DNA of 64,000 nucleotides from an uncultured Actinomycetota bacterium (GTDB taxonomy: Bacteria; Actinomycetota; Actinomycetes; CAVWCF01): contig CAVWCF010000001.1 of NCBI GenBank assembly GCA_963753435.1, positions 672,001 through 736,000 of the forward strand, in the 5' to 3' direction. Below are positions 49,599 through 64,000 of the stretch, one piece after another. The notes beneath the pieces were generated by a model that was not told the origin of the DNA, made no database searches, and was given only the letters and a program-made list of their open reading frames with translations. Position numbers and translations under genes: made by a program. Position 1 is the stretch's first letter. Each line of letters opens with the position of its first letter.

Positions 49599-49614
49599 CC
49601 TACTCGCCAGTAAC
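49599..49614 (-). promoter_or_regulatory. palindromic operator (copy 3) overlapping the -10 box TAGGGT of meaA/ecm
   Basis: Minus strand GTTACTGGCGAGTAGG(GT). Confidence 0.65.
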
Positions 49615-49635
49615 CTCGACCGAGCAGGCGGAATG

Positions 49636-49953
49636 TCAGCCGACGCTGCGCGTAGCCCGATCCAGGTGCAGCACTCGGTGCAGCCGAGTTACGGCGAGCA
49701 GCCGCAGGACGTTGGGCTGGGGGTCGGACAGCACCAACCGGCGGCCAGCCTGTCGACAACGCCGGTGTGTGCCCACCAGCAACGCCAAACCCGCCGAGTC
49801 CAGCACCTGGACACCGGAGCAATCAAGGATCAGATCGCCGGATCCAGCGGCCACGGCGATCTCCAACTCGTAGCGCACGGCGCCGATGGTGGCGGCGTCT
49901 ACACGATGCGGCAGGGTCAAGCGAACCTCGACGCCCGAGGAATGGGATTCCAC
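49636..49953 (-). CDS. STAS domain anti-anti-sigma-like protein
   Basis: LILDCSGVQVLDSAGLALLV; RBS GGAGGAGG before GTG 49953. Confidence 0.85.
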   Translation of the reverse strand: MESHSSGVEVRLTLPHRVDAATIGAVRYELEIAVAAGSGDLILDCSGVQVLDSAGLALLVGTHRRCRQAGRRLVLSDPQPNVLRLLAVTRLHRVLHLDRATRSVG

Positions 49954-50121
49954 AGCCGACCTCCTCCCGGCGGCGGCCACATGGCCGTGGCGGGGAAGGC
50001 CGCCGGTCTTGGTGAGTCGGGTGCCGCAGCACCCGACTCGGAACAAAGGTAGGGAGTAGGTCCGGCGCCGCCGCTGTGCGACACGCACCAAGCCGATCTC
50101 AGTCGGGTTCGGGCACCGCGC

Positions 50122-50979
50122 TCATTCGGCGTAGTCGAAGAAACCGCGACCGCTCTTGCGCCCCAAATCACCCGCGGCCACCATCCGCTGCAGCAACTCC
50201 GGCGGGAAGAACTTCGGATCCCGGGTCTCGTCATAGACCGCCCGAGCGGCGTTGACCATGACGTCCACACCGGTGAGGTCGATCGTGGCCAGCGGACCCA
50301 TCGCATGACCGAAGCCGAGCCGACAGGCAGTGTCCACGTCAGCGGCGCTGGCCACACCGCTGTCGACAAGGCGCACCGCCTCGTTTGCCAGGGCGCTGAT
50401 CAAGCGCGTTGTGATGAACCCGGCGACATCGCGGTTCACCACCACGCACTCCTTTCCGATCTGCTCCGCGAACTGGCGGGCACGTGCCAACGTCTCATCG
50501 GAGGTGTGTCGGCCCCGGACTAGTTCGACCAGTGGCATCAACGGAACCGGGGAGAAGAAGTGGGTACCGACGACGCGCTCGGGTCGCGTGGTGGCCGCGG
50601 CGATCCGGGTGATCGGGATGGCCGACGTATTGGTGGCGAGGATGCTGGTGGCCGGTGCCGCCGCCTCGACCGCAGCGAAGATCTCCTGCTTCAGCGCCAC
50701 GTCCTCGATAACGGCTTCGACAACGACGTCGGCCGTGGCGACGGCGTCGGACAGAGTGGAAGCCACCTCGATCCGATCGCGGGACGCCGCTGCGGCGTCG
50801 GCGGCCAGGACCGCCTTATCCACGAGTTTGGCCAGCGACTTATCGATGCCGGCGAGCCCGCGTGCGGCGGCCCGCTCGTCGACGTCGTGCAGACGGACTG
50901 AGAACCCGCCTACCGCGGCCACTTGCGCAATACCCGCGCCCATCAAGCCGGCCCCGATAACCGCCACCGTGTCGCCCAT
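50122..50979 (-). CDS. 3-hydroxybutyryl-CoA dehydrogenase
   Basis: GAGLMGAGIAQ, NTSAI, HFFSPVP and GRKSGRGF motifs. Confidence 0.93.
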   Translation of the reverse strand: MGDTVAVIGAGLMGAGIAQVAAVGGFSVRLHDVDERAAARGLAGIDKSLAKLVDKAVLAADAAAASRDRIEVASTLSDAVATADVVVEAVIEDVALKQEIFAAVEAAAPATSILATNTSAIPITRIAAATTRPERVVGTHFFSPVPLMPLVELVRGRHTSDETLARARQFAEQIGKECVVVNRDVAGFITTRLISALANEAVRLVDSGVASAADVDTACRLGFGHAMGPLATIDLTGVDVMVNAARAVYDETRDPKFFPPELLQRMVAAGDLGRKSGRGFFDYAE

Positions 50980-51051
50980 GCGTCCTCCTTGATCGCGGGC
51001 AACGCTAGCCGTCCGGTGTCGAAACCCGTCCGCGCGGAGCACACTGTGGGT

Positions 51052-51366
51052 GTGCTTGACGGCTACTCGTTCCTATGGGCACCGGCGCTGGCCTTCCTCG
51101 CAGTGCTCCTGCTCATCGGCGTGCTGCGCTGGGGTTTCTCCAGCGGCGGCTCCCTCATCGCCCGTCCGGCGCAGCGGGGTCCGAGTGAGTCCTACGGGCT
51201 GCTGGTCGCGGTGGCCGAACCGGCGACCGTTGCCGCCGGTGAGCGGTCGCGCGACCAACTGCTGGCGGCGGGCATCCGCGCAACGCTGGCCCAGACCGAC
51301 GAGGGCTTGCGCCTGATGGTCTTCGACGGTGATCTGGACCGAGCTCGCCGCGCGCTGCAGGGCTAG
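51052..51366 (+). CDS. small membrane protein
   Basis: N-terminal TM helix, YGLLVAV and LLAAGIRATL; CACACT -10 box 6 nt upstream. Confidence 0.7.
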   Translation: MLDGYSFLWAPALAFLAVLLLIGVLRWGFSSGGSLIARPAQRGPSESYGLLVAVAEPATVAAGERSRDQLLAAGIRATLAQTDEGLRLMVFDGDLDRARRALQG

Positions 51367-51379
51367 CCGTTCACGCCGG

Positions 51380-52651
51380 TCAGGGGGCCGGGTCCGGCTC
51401 CCGGATGACGTCAGCGCCGAGCCCGCGCAACTGCGCATCGAAACCCGGATAGCCGCGGTCGATGTGGTACGCGTCGGAGACCGTGGTCACACCCTCGGCC
51501 ACCAAACCGGCGACGACGAGCCCGGCGCCGGCCCGGATGTCGGTCGCGCGCACCGGAGCACCGGACAGCATCTCCTGGCCGCGGATCACCGCGTGGTGCC
51601 CGTCGACGCGAATGTCCGCACCCAGCCGGGCGATCTCGTTGGCGAACATGAAGCGGGCTTCGAACACGTTCTCGGTCACCAAGGCAGTGCCTTTGGCCAC
51701 CGCGGACATCGCGATCACCATCGGTTGCAGATCGGTCGGGAATCCGGGATACGGAAGCGTGACGACGTCCACGGCGCGGGGCCGCTGAGACATCTCCACC
51801 GTGAACCCAGCCGGATCCGTAGTCACCGAAGCGCCGGCCGTCACGAGTTTGTCCAGAGCAACGTCCAAGTGCTCCGCTCGGCCCCGCTCCACCCGCACCC
51901 GCCCACCCGTGGTCGCCGCGGCGAACGCCCAGGTTCCGGCAACAATCCGGTCCGGGACGGCGGTGTATTCCACGGCACTTAACGCGTCCACACCGACGAT
52001 CTCCAGCGTCGGGGTGCCGATCCCGGAGATCTCGGCCCCCATCGCAACCAGCATCTGGCAGAGGTCGACGATCTCGGGTTCGCGCGCGGCGTTATCGATG
52101 ACGGTGGTGCCCTGCGCCGAAACAGCCGCCATCAACAGGTTCTCGGTTGCGCCCACCGACGGAAAGTCCAACCAGATCGTCGCGCCGCTCAGGCCGCGCG
52201 GGGCACGCGCCCGCAGGTAGCCGTGTTCGCTGGTTACTTCGGCGCCGAGGCGCACCAGACCGGCCACGTGCAGGTCCAGGCCCCGCGAGCCGATGGCGTC
52301 GCCACCGGGAAGGGCCACGTCGACCTCACCACATCGCGCCAGCAGCGGGCCCAACACGCTGATCGACGCCCGCAGGCGCCGGACCAGGTCGTAGTCGGCC
52401 TGGTGGCCGGGTCGATCCGGCACTGCCACAGCGAGCGAGGCGGCGTCCACGTCCAAGTCCACCGCGCAGCCGAGTCGTCGCAACAACTCGGCCATGATCT
52501 CGACGTCGAGGATCTGTGGCACCTCATGTAGAACCGACCGACCCTCGGCCAGGAGCGTTGCAGCCATCAGTTTCAAGACGCTGTTCTTGGCTCCAGTCAC
52601 CCGAACCGAGCCGTTCAGCTGCGTGCCGCCACGAACCCTGAGTCGCTCCAC
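51380..52651 (-). CDS. murA: UDP-N-acetylglucosamine 1-carboxyvinyltransferase
   Basis: [23 protein letters not shown] and PGFPTDLQ motifs. Confidence 0.97.
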   Translation of the reverse strand: MERLRVRGGTQLNGSVRVTGAKNSVLKLMAATLLAEGRSVLHEVPQILDVEIMAELLRRLGCAVDLDVDAASLAVAVPDRPGHQADYDLVRRLRASISVLGPLLARCGEVDVALPGGDAIGSRGLDLHVAGLVRLGAEVTSEHGYLRARAPRGLSGATIWLDFPSVGATENLLMAAVSAQGTTVIDNAAREPEIVDLCQMLVAMGAEISGIGTPTLEIVGVDALSAVEYTAVPDRIVAGTWAFAAATTGGRVRVERGRAEHLDVALDKLVTAGASVTTDPAGFTVEMSQRPRAVDVVTLPYPGFPTDLQPMVIAMSAVAKGTALVTENVFEARFMFANEIARLGADIRVDGHHAVIRGQEMLSGAPVRATDIRAGAGLVVAGLVAEGVTTVSDAYHIDRGYPGFDAQLRGLGADVIREPDPAP

Positions 52652-52702
52652 GCGCTGAGGGTACGGACTCCCCAACGCGGTTGCGGCCGTACGCTGCTGG
52701 TC

Positions 52703-53284
52703 ATGGTGAACCTCACGCGCATCTACACCCGCACCGGCGACGACGGCACCACTGCGCTGGGGGATTTCACGCGCACAGACAAGAACGATGCCCGGCTGGT
52801 CGCCTACGCGGACGTGGACGAAGCCAATGCCTGCGTTGGGTTGGTTCTCGTTGCCGCCGGCCTGGACGCGGACGTGTCCCAGACACTGCTGAGGATCCAG
52901 AACGACCTGTTCGACGTGGGTGCTGACCTCTGCACTCCCCCGGCCGAGACCGGCACACAACTGCGTATCACCCAGGAGTACGTGACCTGGCTGGAATCGC
53001 AGATCGACATGTACAACGCCGGGCTCGAGCCGTTGCGTTCGTTCGTGCTGCCCGGCGGCACCGAAGTCGCAGCCCGGCTGCACCAGGCACGAACCGTCGT
53101 ACGTCGCGCCGAACGGGCGACCTGGGCCGCCAGCCAGGGATTCCCCGGCCAGGTGAGCCCGCTAGCCGCGCAGTACCTGAACCGGCTCTCGGACCTGCTG
53201 TTCGTGCTGTCCCGGTACGCCAACCGCGAAGCCGGCGATCTGCTTTGGCAGCCGGGACGGCGGCAGCAGGACGAACCTGCCTAG
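52703..53284 (+). CDS. PduO-type cob(I)alamin adenosyltransferase
   Basis: [20 protein letters not shown] and [10 protein letters not shown] motifs. Confidence 0.95.
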   Translation: MVNLTRIYTRTGDDGTTALGDFTRTDKNDARLVAYADVDEANACVGLVLVAAGLDADVSQTLLRIQNDLFDVGADLCTPPAETGTQLRITQEYVTWLESQIDMYNAGLEPLRSFVLPGGTEVAARLHQARTVVRRAERATWAASQGFPGQVSPLAAQYLNRLSDLLFVLSRYANREAGDLLWQPGRRQQDEPA

Positions 53285-53690
53285 ATCGTCACGTCCGGAC
53301 GAATCGCCCCGACAGCCCGCAACCGCGCCGACGCGCGGCGTTCGGCTGCCTCCATGCCGTCGTCGCCCGCAGCCACTGCCTGCTGGGCGCGCGCTAGCGC
53401 CTCCTGGGCCCGCTTGGTGTCGATCTCGCCGGCCAACTCCGCCACGGACGCCAGGACGCGCACGAAGTCCGCGTCCACCGAGACGAAGCCGCCGTGAACC
53501 GCGGCCACAACCGGCTCACCGTCAGCCGGTTTGACCTCCACCACGCCCCCCTCGGCGAGCGAGGCCAGCAGCGGCTCGTGGCCGGGCAGCACGCCGAGTT
53601 GACCATCGGTGGTGCGCACCCCGACGAAGGCCGCCGAGCCTTCCCAAAGCTCCCGGCTCGGCGTGACGATCCGGACCGTCAACTCGCCCA

Positions 53691-53691
<1 letters not shown>
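53281..53691 (-). CDS. atpC: ATP synthase epsilon subunit
   Basis: GQLGVLPGHEP and VHGGF motifs. Confidence 0.95.
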
Positions 53692-56062
<2,371 letters not shown>

Positions 56063-56085
56063 GTTCTCGCCTTCCTACGTCCGGC

Positions 56086-57726
56086 TCAGGCGCCCGAGCG
56101 CGACTTGGCCGTGATGGTGATGTGCTCGACGTCTTCTTCCTCCAACGCCTCCACCGGCACGTCCTTGACCAGCAACTCGCCGCTGCTTGTCGTGAACTGG
56201 CGCTTGAACGTGTTGATCGCCGCTTCCAGCGAGGCCGCCGTGTCGTCGGCGAGGTCGCCGGTCTCGGCGATGGTGGACAGGATTCCGGCCTGCTCGCGGC
56301 CCAGGTAGTCGAGGAACTCGCCCTCGAACCGCCGCACGTCCTCAACCGGCACTTCGTCGATCTGCCCGGTGGTTCCCGACCAGATGCTCACGACCTCGCG
56401 CTCCATGGAGTACGGCGTGTACTGCGGCTGCTTGAGGATCTCCACCAGTCGCGCGCCGCGCTCCAGCGCGGCCTTGGAGGTCTTGTCCAGGTCCGAACCG
56501 AAGGCCGCGAACGCCTCCAGCTCGCGGAACTGCGCCAGGTCGAGCCGAAGTCGACCGGCGACCTTCCGCATCGCCTTCGGCTGGGCCGACCCACCGACTC
56601 GAGACACCGAAATACCGACGTTGATGGCCGGGCGAACACCGGAGTTGAACAGGTCGGTCTCCAAGAAGCACTGACCGTCGGTGATGGAGATGACGTTCGT
56701 CGGGATGTATGCGGAGACGTCGTTGCCCTTGGTCTCGATGATCGGCAGACCAGTGAGCGAACCGCCGCCGAGCTCGTTCGACAGCTTCGCGCAGCGCTCC
56801 AGCAGGCGCGAGTGCAGGTAGAACACGTCGCCGGGGTAGGCCTCACGGCCCGGCGGGCGCCGCAGCAGCAGTGAGACCGCGCGGTAGGCCTCGGCCTGCT
56901 TGGACAGGTCATCGAACACGATCAAGCTGTGCTCGCCCTTGTACATCCAGTGCTGGCCGATGGCTGACCCGGTGTAGGGGGCCAGGTACTTGAAGCCGGC
57001 CGGGTCCGAGGCCGGGGCGGCCACGATGGTCGTGTACTCCAGCGCGCCGGCCTCTTCCAGGGCGCGCCGCACGCTGGCGATGGTCGAGCCCTTCTGGCCA
57101 ATCGCGACGTAGACGCACTTGACGCGCTTGGACTTGTCGCCGGACTTCCAGTTGTCCCGCTGGTTGATGATCGCGTCGATGGCGATGGCCGTCTTGCCGG
57201 TCTGCCGGTCACCGATGATCAACTGGCGCTGGCCGCGGCCGATGGCCGTCATCGCGTCGATGGCCTTGATGCCCGTCTGCAGGGCCTCCTTGACCGGCTG
57301 GCGCTCGACGACGGTCGGCGCCTGCAACTCCAGGGCGCGAATGGCCTCCGCCTGGATGGGACCCAGGCCGTCGATCGGGTTGCCCAGCGGGTCCACGACC
57401 CGGCCGAGGAATCCGTCGCCAACCGGAACCGAGAGGATCTCCCCGGTCCGCTTGACCGGCTGGCCCTCCTCGACGTGGCTGCCCTCGCCCAGGAACACGG
57501 TCCCGATCTCGCGCAGGTCCAGGTTCAGAGCCAGTCCGCGCAGACCACCCTCGAACTCCAACAGTTCGTTGGTCATGGCCGAGTGCAGGCCCTCCACGCG
57601 GGCAATGCCGTCGCCGGTCTCGACTACGCGACCGATCTCCTCACGCGTCGTCTCCGGGCTGTAGTCCTCGACGTGACGCGCGATCGCATCCCGGATCTCG
57701 TCGGGTCGGATCGTCAACTCCGCCAT
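56086..57726 (-). CDS. atpA: ATP synthase alpha subunit
   Basis: GDRQTGKT and [20 protein letters not shown] motifs. Confidence 0.99.
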   Translation of the reverse strand: MAELTIRPDEIRDAIARHVEDYSPETTREEIGRVVETGDGIARVEGLHSAMTNELLEFEGGLRGLALNLDLREIGTVFLGEGSHVEEGQPVKRTGEILSVPVGDGFLGRVVDPLGNPIDGLGPIQAEAIRALELQAPTVVERQPVKEALQTGIKAIDAMTAIGRGQRQLIIGDRQTGKTAIAIDAIINQRDNWKSGDKSKRVKCVYVAIGQKGSTIASVRRALEEAGALEYTTIVAAPASDPAGFKYLAPYTGSAIGQHWMYKGEHSLIVFDDLSKQAEAYRAVSLLLRRPPGREAYPGDVFYLHSRLLERCAKLSNELGGGSLTGLPIIETKGNDVSAYIPTNVISITDGQCFLETDLFNSGVRPAINVGISVSRVGGSAQPKAMRKVAGRLRLDLAQFRELEAFAAFGSDLDKTSKAALERGARLVEILKQPQYTPYSMEREVVSIWSGTTGQIDEVPVEDVRRFEGEFLDYLGREQAGILSTIAETGDLADDTAASLEAAINTFKRQFTTSSGELLVKDVPVEALEEEDVEHITITAKSRSGA

Positions 57727-57792
57727 CTTGCGCTTCCTCCGGTTCCACCCGCCTGTCGGCGGTCGGTTGGTTGTCCTAGTGCGAGACCGGCC

Positions 57793-58604
57793 TCAGCCGG
57801 CAACCCGCCGTGCTGCTTGCTCCAGTCGCGTGTCGACCGTTCCGTCGATGATCTCCTCGCCCACGCGGACCCGTACGCCGCCGCGGACCTCGCGGTCCAC
57901 CGCAACCTGCAGGTCGATGCCCCGACGGTAGATCCGCTCCAGCACCGCGGCCAGTCGCTGCTCCTGATCGCCGGTGAGCGGCACCGCCACGGTCACGTCG
58001 GCCAGCAGACGTCCTCGGCGCGCGGCCGCCAACTGGGCCAGTTCGACGACGAAGTCCTCCACCGAGCGTCCCAGCGGCGCGAGGATGGCCTGCTGCAGCA
58101 GGGTCTGCGTCTGCTCGGCGACCCGGCCGTCCAGCAGGTCCGCGACCAACCGCTGCTTGCTGTCCGCTGGGACAGCGGTGCTGTCCAGCACCAACCCCAG
58201 CTCGCCGTTTGCGCTGAGCAGTCGGCCGAAGCGGAACAACTCCTCCTCGACGCGGTCCAACTGACCGGCCGTCTCGGCCAACGCCAGCGTGGCCACCAGG
58301 CCACTGTGCTGAACCGCCTCGACCAGGTCCCGCGGCGACGTCCACCGCAGTGCCACCGCCGCTTTCAGGACGTCCAGTGCCGCAGCCTCGATCCGCGCCC
58401 CGAACAGCGAGTCGACCAACGCCAGCCTTGCCTCAACCGGCTGGCCGGCGTCCGTCAGCGTCGTCCGCAGACTGCGCTCGCGACCGATGACCTCAGCGAC
58501 GGCCAGCAGGTCGTCTGCGGTCGTCTGCGTGACCGCGTCCTGGCTGAGCCGTGCGTCCAGATCGGCGTCAAGAGCGGCCTGGGACTCCCGGCTGACTCCA
58601 AGCA

Positions 58605-58605
<1 letters not shown>
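57793..58605 (-). CDS. atpH: ATP synthase delta subunit (long actinobacterial form)
   Basis: VEEELFRF and GGVRVRVGEEIIDG motifs; operon position. Confidence 0.95.
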
Positions 58606-59162
<557 letters not shown>

Positions 59163-59178
59163 TCAGACTGAAACTGGG

Positions 59179-59397
<219 letters not shown>

Positions 59398-59429
59398 CTA
59401 AGGGACGGATCGCTTGCGCGGTCAGTCGG

Positions 59430-60227
59430 TCAGTGCTCCTCGGCAAGTGCGCCTTGGATGTACAGAGCGGTGAGCAGGGTGAAGATGTAAGCCTGAAGCA
59501 GTTGCACCAAAGCCTCGAAGAAGGTCATGACGATCGCCATGCCGAAGGCGAACGGGCTGAGGAGTTTGGGTAGCAGTTCCTGGCTTTCGAGGAGCATGTA
59601 CTCCCCGCCCAGGATGAAGACGAGCAGCAGCAGGTGGCCGGCGAACATGTTGGCGAACAGACGCAAGGACAGCGTCAGCGGCCGGACCAGGATGTTGCTC
59701 ACGAACTCGATCGGGATCAGCAGCGGGTAGATCCACGCCGGCAGCCCGGGGATGTACACCACGTCCTTGGCGTACCGCGCGAAACCCTTGCGACGGATAC
59801 CAGCGGCGTTGTAGACGACCCACACGACCGTGGCCAGCGCCACCGGGAACGCGATGCGCGCCATGGTCGGGAACTGGATCAGCGGGACGATGCCGAACAG
59901 GTTGTTCAGGTAGATGAACGTGAACAACGTCACCAGCAAGGGCACGTACTTGGCGTAGTCCTTGCTGCCGAGGACATCGCGACCGATGCTGTTGCGGATG
60001 CCGAAGTACACCGACTCGGCCGCGAACTGGAACTTGCCCGGGACCAACTGCATGCGCCGCGCGGCGAGGATGAAGAACAGGGAGATCAGCAGCACGGAGA
60101 AGAACAACTGCACGACCGGCTTGGTGATCTCGTACCCGGCGAAGGTGAAGATCGCGGGATACTCGAAGGCACTCGGCCCGGGGCCGACGAAGCCCTCGCC
60201 CTCACTCATCAGCAGGCTGATGCGCAC
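59430..60227 (-). CDS. atpB: ATP synthase a subunit
   Basis: RPLTLSLRLFANMFAGH and LQAYIFTLL motifs. Confidence 0.98.
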   Translation of the reverse strand: MRISLLMSEGEGFVGPGPSAFEYPAIFTFAGYEITKPVVQLFFSVLLISLFFILAARRMQLVPGKFQFAAESVYFGIRNSIGRDVLGSKDYAKYVPLLVTLFTFIYLNNLFGIVPLIQFPTMARIAFPVALATVVWVVYNAAGIRRKGFARYAKDVVYIPGLPAWIYPLLIPIEFVSNILVRPLTLSLRLFANMFAGHLLLLVFILGGEYMLLESQELLPKLLSPFAFGMAIVMTFFEALVQLLQAYIFTLLTALYIQGALAEEH

Positions 60228-60287
60228 ACGCGTCCTCTCGGGTACTCATCTTCGCAACCATCGGTGGGGCCTGGCGTTGCTGCCGGT

Positions 60288-60500
60288 TCACCCGCGCGTG
60301 CGCAGGTAGACCACGTAGAACGCCGCACCTGTTCCGACCAGCAGTCCGATCAAGGTCAGGAACGAGGTCCCCAGCCATCGATCAGCCAGCCAGCCGACCC
60401 CGCCCCAAACGATCATGCCGCTGAGGAGGGTCGCTGTGATGCCCCAGGGATCCCCACCAGCGGGGGGTGTGCCACCGTCGGACGGATCGCCCTGGCTCAT
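60288..60500 (-). CDS. AtpZ/AtpI-family small membrane protein
   Basis: WGGVGWLADRWLGT; directly upstream of atpB. Confidence 0.8.
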   Translation of the reverse strand: MSQGDPSDGGTPPAGGDPWGITATLLSGMIVWGGVGWLADRWLGTSFLTLIGLLVGTGAAFYVVYLRTRG

Positions 60501-60534
60501 CGGCGCGCGAATGTACCAGCGCTTGGGAACGGTT

Positions 60535-60984
60535 TCACAATCGGGTCTGGCCGCCCTCATCCGAGCCCCCGCCGGGCGCCTGCTCCGGGCTGGACACCAG
60601 CGTGAACTGCGCGGACAGGAAGGCCCGCATCTCGGCGATCAGCCAGACCACCGCGCAGGCCAGAGTGGTCAGGCCGAACGCCTGGACGTCGAAAAGGCTG
60701 GTGTCCCGGAACACCACCAACATCAGCGCCAGGGCAAGAATCTTGACGACGTAGCTGAGCAGTGCCCCGCCCAGAGCGTTCATGGGATCGGAGTGCGCAG
60801 TCCACTTCATGACCAGCAGGGACAGCCCGAAGAACCCGATTACGAGGCCGACGCCCAGCACGGCCCCGATCACCCCGTCCAGGCCGCGAACCCAACCCGC
60901 CACCGCGACCGCGACGGCCCCGGCGATGACGGTGGGAATGGCCGAGCCCCACCAAAGCCGTCGCCAGGCGTCCGTCTCGTTCAT
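60535..60984 (-). CDS. ATP synthase protein I-like 4-TM protein
   Basis: Four TM segments, SYVVKI; operon position. Confidence 0.75.
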   Translation of the reverse strand: MNETDAWRRLWWGSAIPTVIAGAVAVAVAGWVRGLDGVIGAVLGVGLVIGFFGLSLLVMKWTAHSDPMNALGGALLSYVVKILALALMLVVFRDTSLFDVQAFGLTTLACAVVWLIAEMRAFLSAQFTLVSSPEQAPGGGSDEGGQTRL

Positions 60985-62072
60985 GCCGGGACCGTCTCAC
61001 GGGGAGCGCGGATCAGCGCAATCAACGCGACGACGGCCAGACCGACCCCGGCCAACGCCGGGCCCATGGGCAGGAACGACAACGCCAGCGCCCCGTAGGC
61101 GATGAGCGCCGTCCAGGCGTACATGAGCAGGACAGCCCGCCGCTGGGAGTGACCGAGCTCGAGCAGGCGGTGATGCAGGTGCTCCTTGTCCGCGGTGAAC
61201 GGGGAGCGCCCCGCCCGGGTCCGGCGCAGCACCGCCAGGCCCAGATCCAGGAACGGCACGGCCAGCACGGCCAACGGCAGAAGCAGCGGTAGGAGCGCCG
61301 GGAACAACTGCACGCCGTCGAACAACTGGTAGTCGACCCGACCGGTGAGAGAAATCGTGGACGCAGCCAGCAGCAGACCGATCAGCATCGACCCGGTGTC
61401 CCCCATGAATATGCGGGCCGGAAAGAAGTTGTGCATCAGGAAACCGGCACACAGCCCGACCAAGGCGGCCGAGATCAGCGTCGGCGTCAAGGCCCGCTCG
61501 ATGCCGTTCTGGACGCTGAGCAGATAACTGAAGCCGAACGTGGCACTGGCGGCGATCGCAACGATGCCGGCCGCGAGCCCGTCCAGGCCGTCCACGAAGT
61601 TCACCGCGTTCACGACCACCAGCACGATGACGATCGCTACGACGCTGCCGGTCAGTGGGTCCAAAGCGATGGTCTGCCCCGGCAACGGCAGCCAGACCAA
61701 CTGGATGCCCTGGACCACCATCACCCCGGCGGCGAAGGCCTGGCCGCAGAGTTTGGTCAGGGCGTCCAAACCCCAACGGTCATCGGCAGCTCCCAGCGCG
61801 GCGATCAGGGCGGCACCGGACAGCAGGGCCCGGATGTCGTCACCCTCGGCAAAGACCGACGACAGCAGGGGCAACTGGCTGGCCACCACCACGCAGGCGA
61901 AGAGACCCGCCAGCATCGCGGCGCCGCCGAGTCGCGGCACCGGAACATCATGGACGTCGCGGTCGCGAACCTCCGCAAGCACGCCACGCCGTTCGGCGAT
62001 CTGCCGAACCAGCCCGGCGCTCAGCATCACCGTGACCACGGCGATGAGGGCGACGAGCAGGTACTCGCGCAC
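60981..62072 (-). CDS. wecA: polyprenyl-phosphate GlcNAc-1-phosphate transferase (WecA/Rfe, MraY family)
   Basis: PRLGG, NAVNFVDGLDGL, FMGDTG and HLHHRL motifs. Confidence 0.92.
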   Translation of the reverse strand: MREYLLVALIAVVTVMLSAGLVRQIAERRGVLAEVRDRDVHDVPVPRLGGAAMLAGLFACVVVASQLPLLSSVFAEGDDIRALLSGAALIAALGAADDRWGLDALTKLCGQAFAAGVMVVQGIQLVWLPLPGQTIALDPLTGSVVAIVIVLVVVNAVNFVDGLDGLAAGIVAIAASATFGFSYLLSVQNGIERALTPTLISAALVGLCAGFLMHNFFPARIFMGDTGSMLIGLLLAASTISLTGRVDYQLFDGVQLFPALLPLLLPLAVLAVPFLDLGLAVLRRTRAGRSPFTADKEHLHHRLLELGHSQRRAVLLMYAWTALIAYGALALSFLPMGPALAGVGLAVVALIALIRAPRETVPA

Positions 62073-62075
62073 CGA

Positions 62076-63362
62076 TCAGGGGCGCGCGTACGCGGGGTGG
62101 GCGGTAACCAGCGATCGGACCGACTCGCGGATCTCCGCAGCCGCCGAACCGTCGGCATCGCGGACGGCCGCGCCGATCAGTTGGGCCACATCCTTCATTT
62201 CGGTCTCAGTCATGCCCTGCGTCGTAACGGCTGGCGTCCCCACCCGGATTCCGCTGGCCACCATCGGTGGTTGCGGGTCGTTGGGGATCGCGTTCTTGTT
62301 GAGCGTGATGCCAGCCGCATCGCAGCGGGCTTCCGCGTCGGTGCCGGTCACGCCCAGCGGTTGCAGGTCGATGAGGGCCAGGTGCGTGTCGGTGCCGCCG
62401 GAAACCGGGCGCATTCCCTCCGCCGCCAGGCCGTCGGCCAGCGCCTGGGCGTTGCGAATCACCTGCTGCGCGTAGGCGGCGTATTCGGGCTGTGCCGCCT
62501 CTTTCAGGGCCACCGCCTTGGCTGCCACCGCGTGCATCAAGGGCCCACCCTGGGTGAACGGGAAGACGGCCTTGTCGATGGCCTTGGCGTGTTCAGCCCG
62601 GCTGACGATCATCCCGCCGCGCGGACCGCGCAGCACCTTGTGGGTGGTGAAGCAAACGACGTCGGCGTGCGGGACCGGTGAGGGGATCGCCTTACCCGCC
62701 ACCAGGCCGATGAAGTGCGCTGCGTCCACCATGAGGATGGCGCCCACCTCGTCGGCGATCGCCCGAAACGCCGCGAAGTCGATCAACCGCGGGTACGCCG
62801 TGGCCCCACAGATGATCATTCGCGGCTGGTGCGCCCGGGCCAGATCGCGGACCTGGTCATAGTCGATGATCTCGGAATCGGCGTCCACGCCGTAGGAGAC
62901 GGTGTTGAACCACTTGCCGGAGAAGTTCACCTTGGAGCCGTGCGTCAGGTGGCCTCCGTGCGGCAAGGACATCGCCAACACGGTGTCCCCGGGCGAACAG
63001 AACGCCGCATAGGCGGCCAGGTTCGCGCTGGCGCCGGAGTGCGGCTGCAGGTTGGCGTGTTCGGCGCCGAACAACTCCTTGGCTCGGGCGATGCCGATTT
63101 CCTCCGCCCGGTCCACGTCCGCGCAACCGCCGTAATACCGGCGTCCCGGGTAGCCCTCGGCGTACTTGTTGGAAAGCGTCGACCCGAGGGCGGCCAATAC
63201 CGCCGGCGAGGTGAAGTTCTCGCTCGCGATGAGTTGCAGTCCGCCACGAAGGCGCTCCAACTCGTCCAGGAGGATCGCGGCGATGTCCGGGTCCTCGGCC
63301 TGCAATGCGCCGAAGTCCGGGCCCCAGAAGGGCACCACGTTGGTCTCGGACTCTGCGCTCAT
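62076..63362 (-). CDS. glyA: serine hydroxymethyltransferase
   Basis: [21 protein letters not shown] and [12 protein letters not shown] motifs. Confidence 0.98.
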   Translation of the reverse strand: MSAESETNVVPFWGPDFGALQAEDPDIAAILLDELERLRGGLQLIASENFTSPAVLAALGSTLSNKYAEGYPGRRYYGGCADVDRAEEIGIARAKELFGAEHANLQPHSGASANLAAYAAFCSPGDTVLAMSLPHGGHLTHGSKVNFSGKWFNTVSYGVDADSEIIDYDQVRDLARAHQPRMIICGATAYPRLIDFAAFRAIADEVGAILMVDAAHFIGLVAGKAIPSPVPHADVVCFTTHKVLRGPRGGMIVSRAEHAKAIDKAVFPFTQGGPLMHAVAAKAVALKEAAQPEYAAYAQQVIRNAQALADGLAAEGMRPVSGGTDTHLALIDLQPLGVTGTDAEARCDAAGITLNKNAIPNDPQPPMVASGIRVGTPAVTTQGMTETEMKDVAQLIGAAVRDADGSAAAEIRESVRSLVTAHPAYARP

Positions 63363-63439
63363 GTCGGCTCCTTTGTTCACTTCGACTGCCACATCCATCC
63401 AGTCCAGGCATCTGGCCAGTCGCGCGTGTCGGCGCGATC

Positions 63440-64000
63440 CTACGGGCCGGTGTCCGCCCCGCTGCCGATCGTGGGCACCACCTCAGCCAGCACCGCGGTC
63501 TCGATCGCACCGGTCCGGACCACGACCGGCCGCGGTCCGGTCACGTCGACGATGGTGGACGGGACGTTGTCCATCACGGTGCCGGCATCCAGGTAGAGCT
63601 CAACAGCATCACCCAGTGACTGGTGCGCTGCGGCAGCGGACGTTGCCGGGGGTTCACCGGTTCGATTCGCGCTGCTGACGGCCATCGGGCCGGTCAGCCG
63701 CAGCAACTCCAGTGCCACGGGATGCAGGGGCATGCGCACGGCGACCGTTCCCCCGGCGTCGCCGAGGTCCCAGGCCAGGGAGGGCTGCTGCCGCACGATC
63801 AGGGTCAGCGCCCCCGGCCAGAACGCTTCGATCAGCGCGCGGGCATCGTCGCCGATCCCGGTGGCCAGACCATCGAGCGTTCGGCCCGCGGCGATCAGGA
63901 CCGGTACGGGCATCTGCCGGCTGCGGCCCTTGGCCGCCAGCAGCCGGCCGACGGCATCGCCGGCGAAGGCATCGACCCCGAGCCCGTAGACCGTGTCCGT
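63440..64000 (-). CDS. tsaC: L-threonylcarbamoyladenylate synthase (TsaC/Sua5), 5' end outside the window
   Basis: TDTVYG at the window edge; KGR, WPGALT, VRMP, SSAN and PSTIVD motifs. Confidence 0.93.
   Translation of the reverse strand, partial: TDTVYGLGVDAFAGDAVGRLLAAKGRSRQMPVPVLIAAGRTLDGLATGIGDDARALIEAFWPGALTLIVRQQPSLAWDLGDAGGTVAVRMPLHPVALELLRLTGPMAVSSANRTGEPPATSAAAAHQSLGDAVELYLDAGTVMDNVPSTIVDVTGPRPVVVRTGAIETAVLAEVVPTIGSGADTGP

Overview
High-GC actinobacterial chromosome segment, densely coding and mostly on the minus strand. It follows a conserved Actinomycetia backbone: serA(partial)-ilvC-ilvN-ilvB-ilvD ... gatBAC-ligA-metE-like-mnmA-iscS ... etfAB ... glgE/ybbN ... icmA-meaB-thiolase-mce-ccrA ... 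nucS ... ecm(meaA) ... murA-pduO-atp operon-wecA-glyA-tsaC(partial). I found no rRNA, tRNA, CRISPR array or transposase. The strongest non-routine signals read directly from the DNA are: (i) a shared 16-bp palindrome overlapping the -10 box of etfB, ccrA and ecm, a candidate regulon for a B12-dependent ethylmalonyl-/isobutyryl-CoA gene cluster; (ii) an unannotated Val/Ile leader peptide and attenuator upstream of ilvB; (iii) a perfect PafBC (RecA-NDp) promoter in front of a DUF222-HNH gene; (iv) a rifampin ADP-ribosyltransferase gene (arr) broken by a 1-nt frameshift; (v) an approximately 39-aa insertion in the LigA adenylation domain; (vi) a structured leader in front of a STAS gene. All calls come from motif recognition by eye; no database searches were run.
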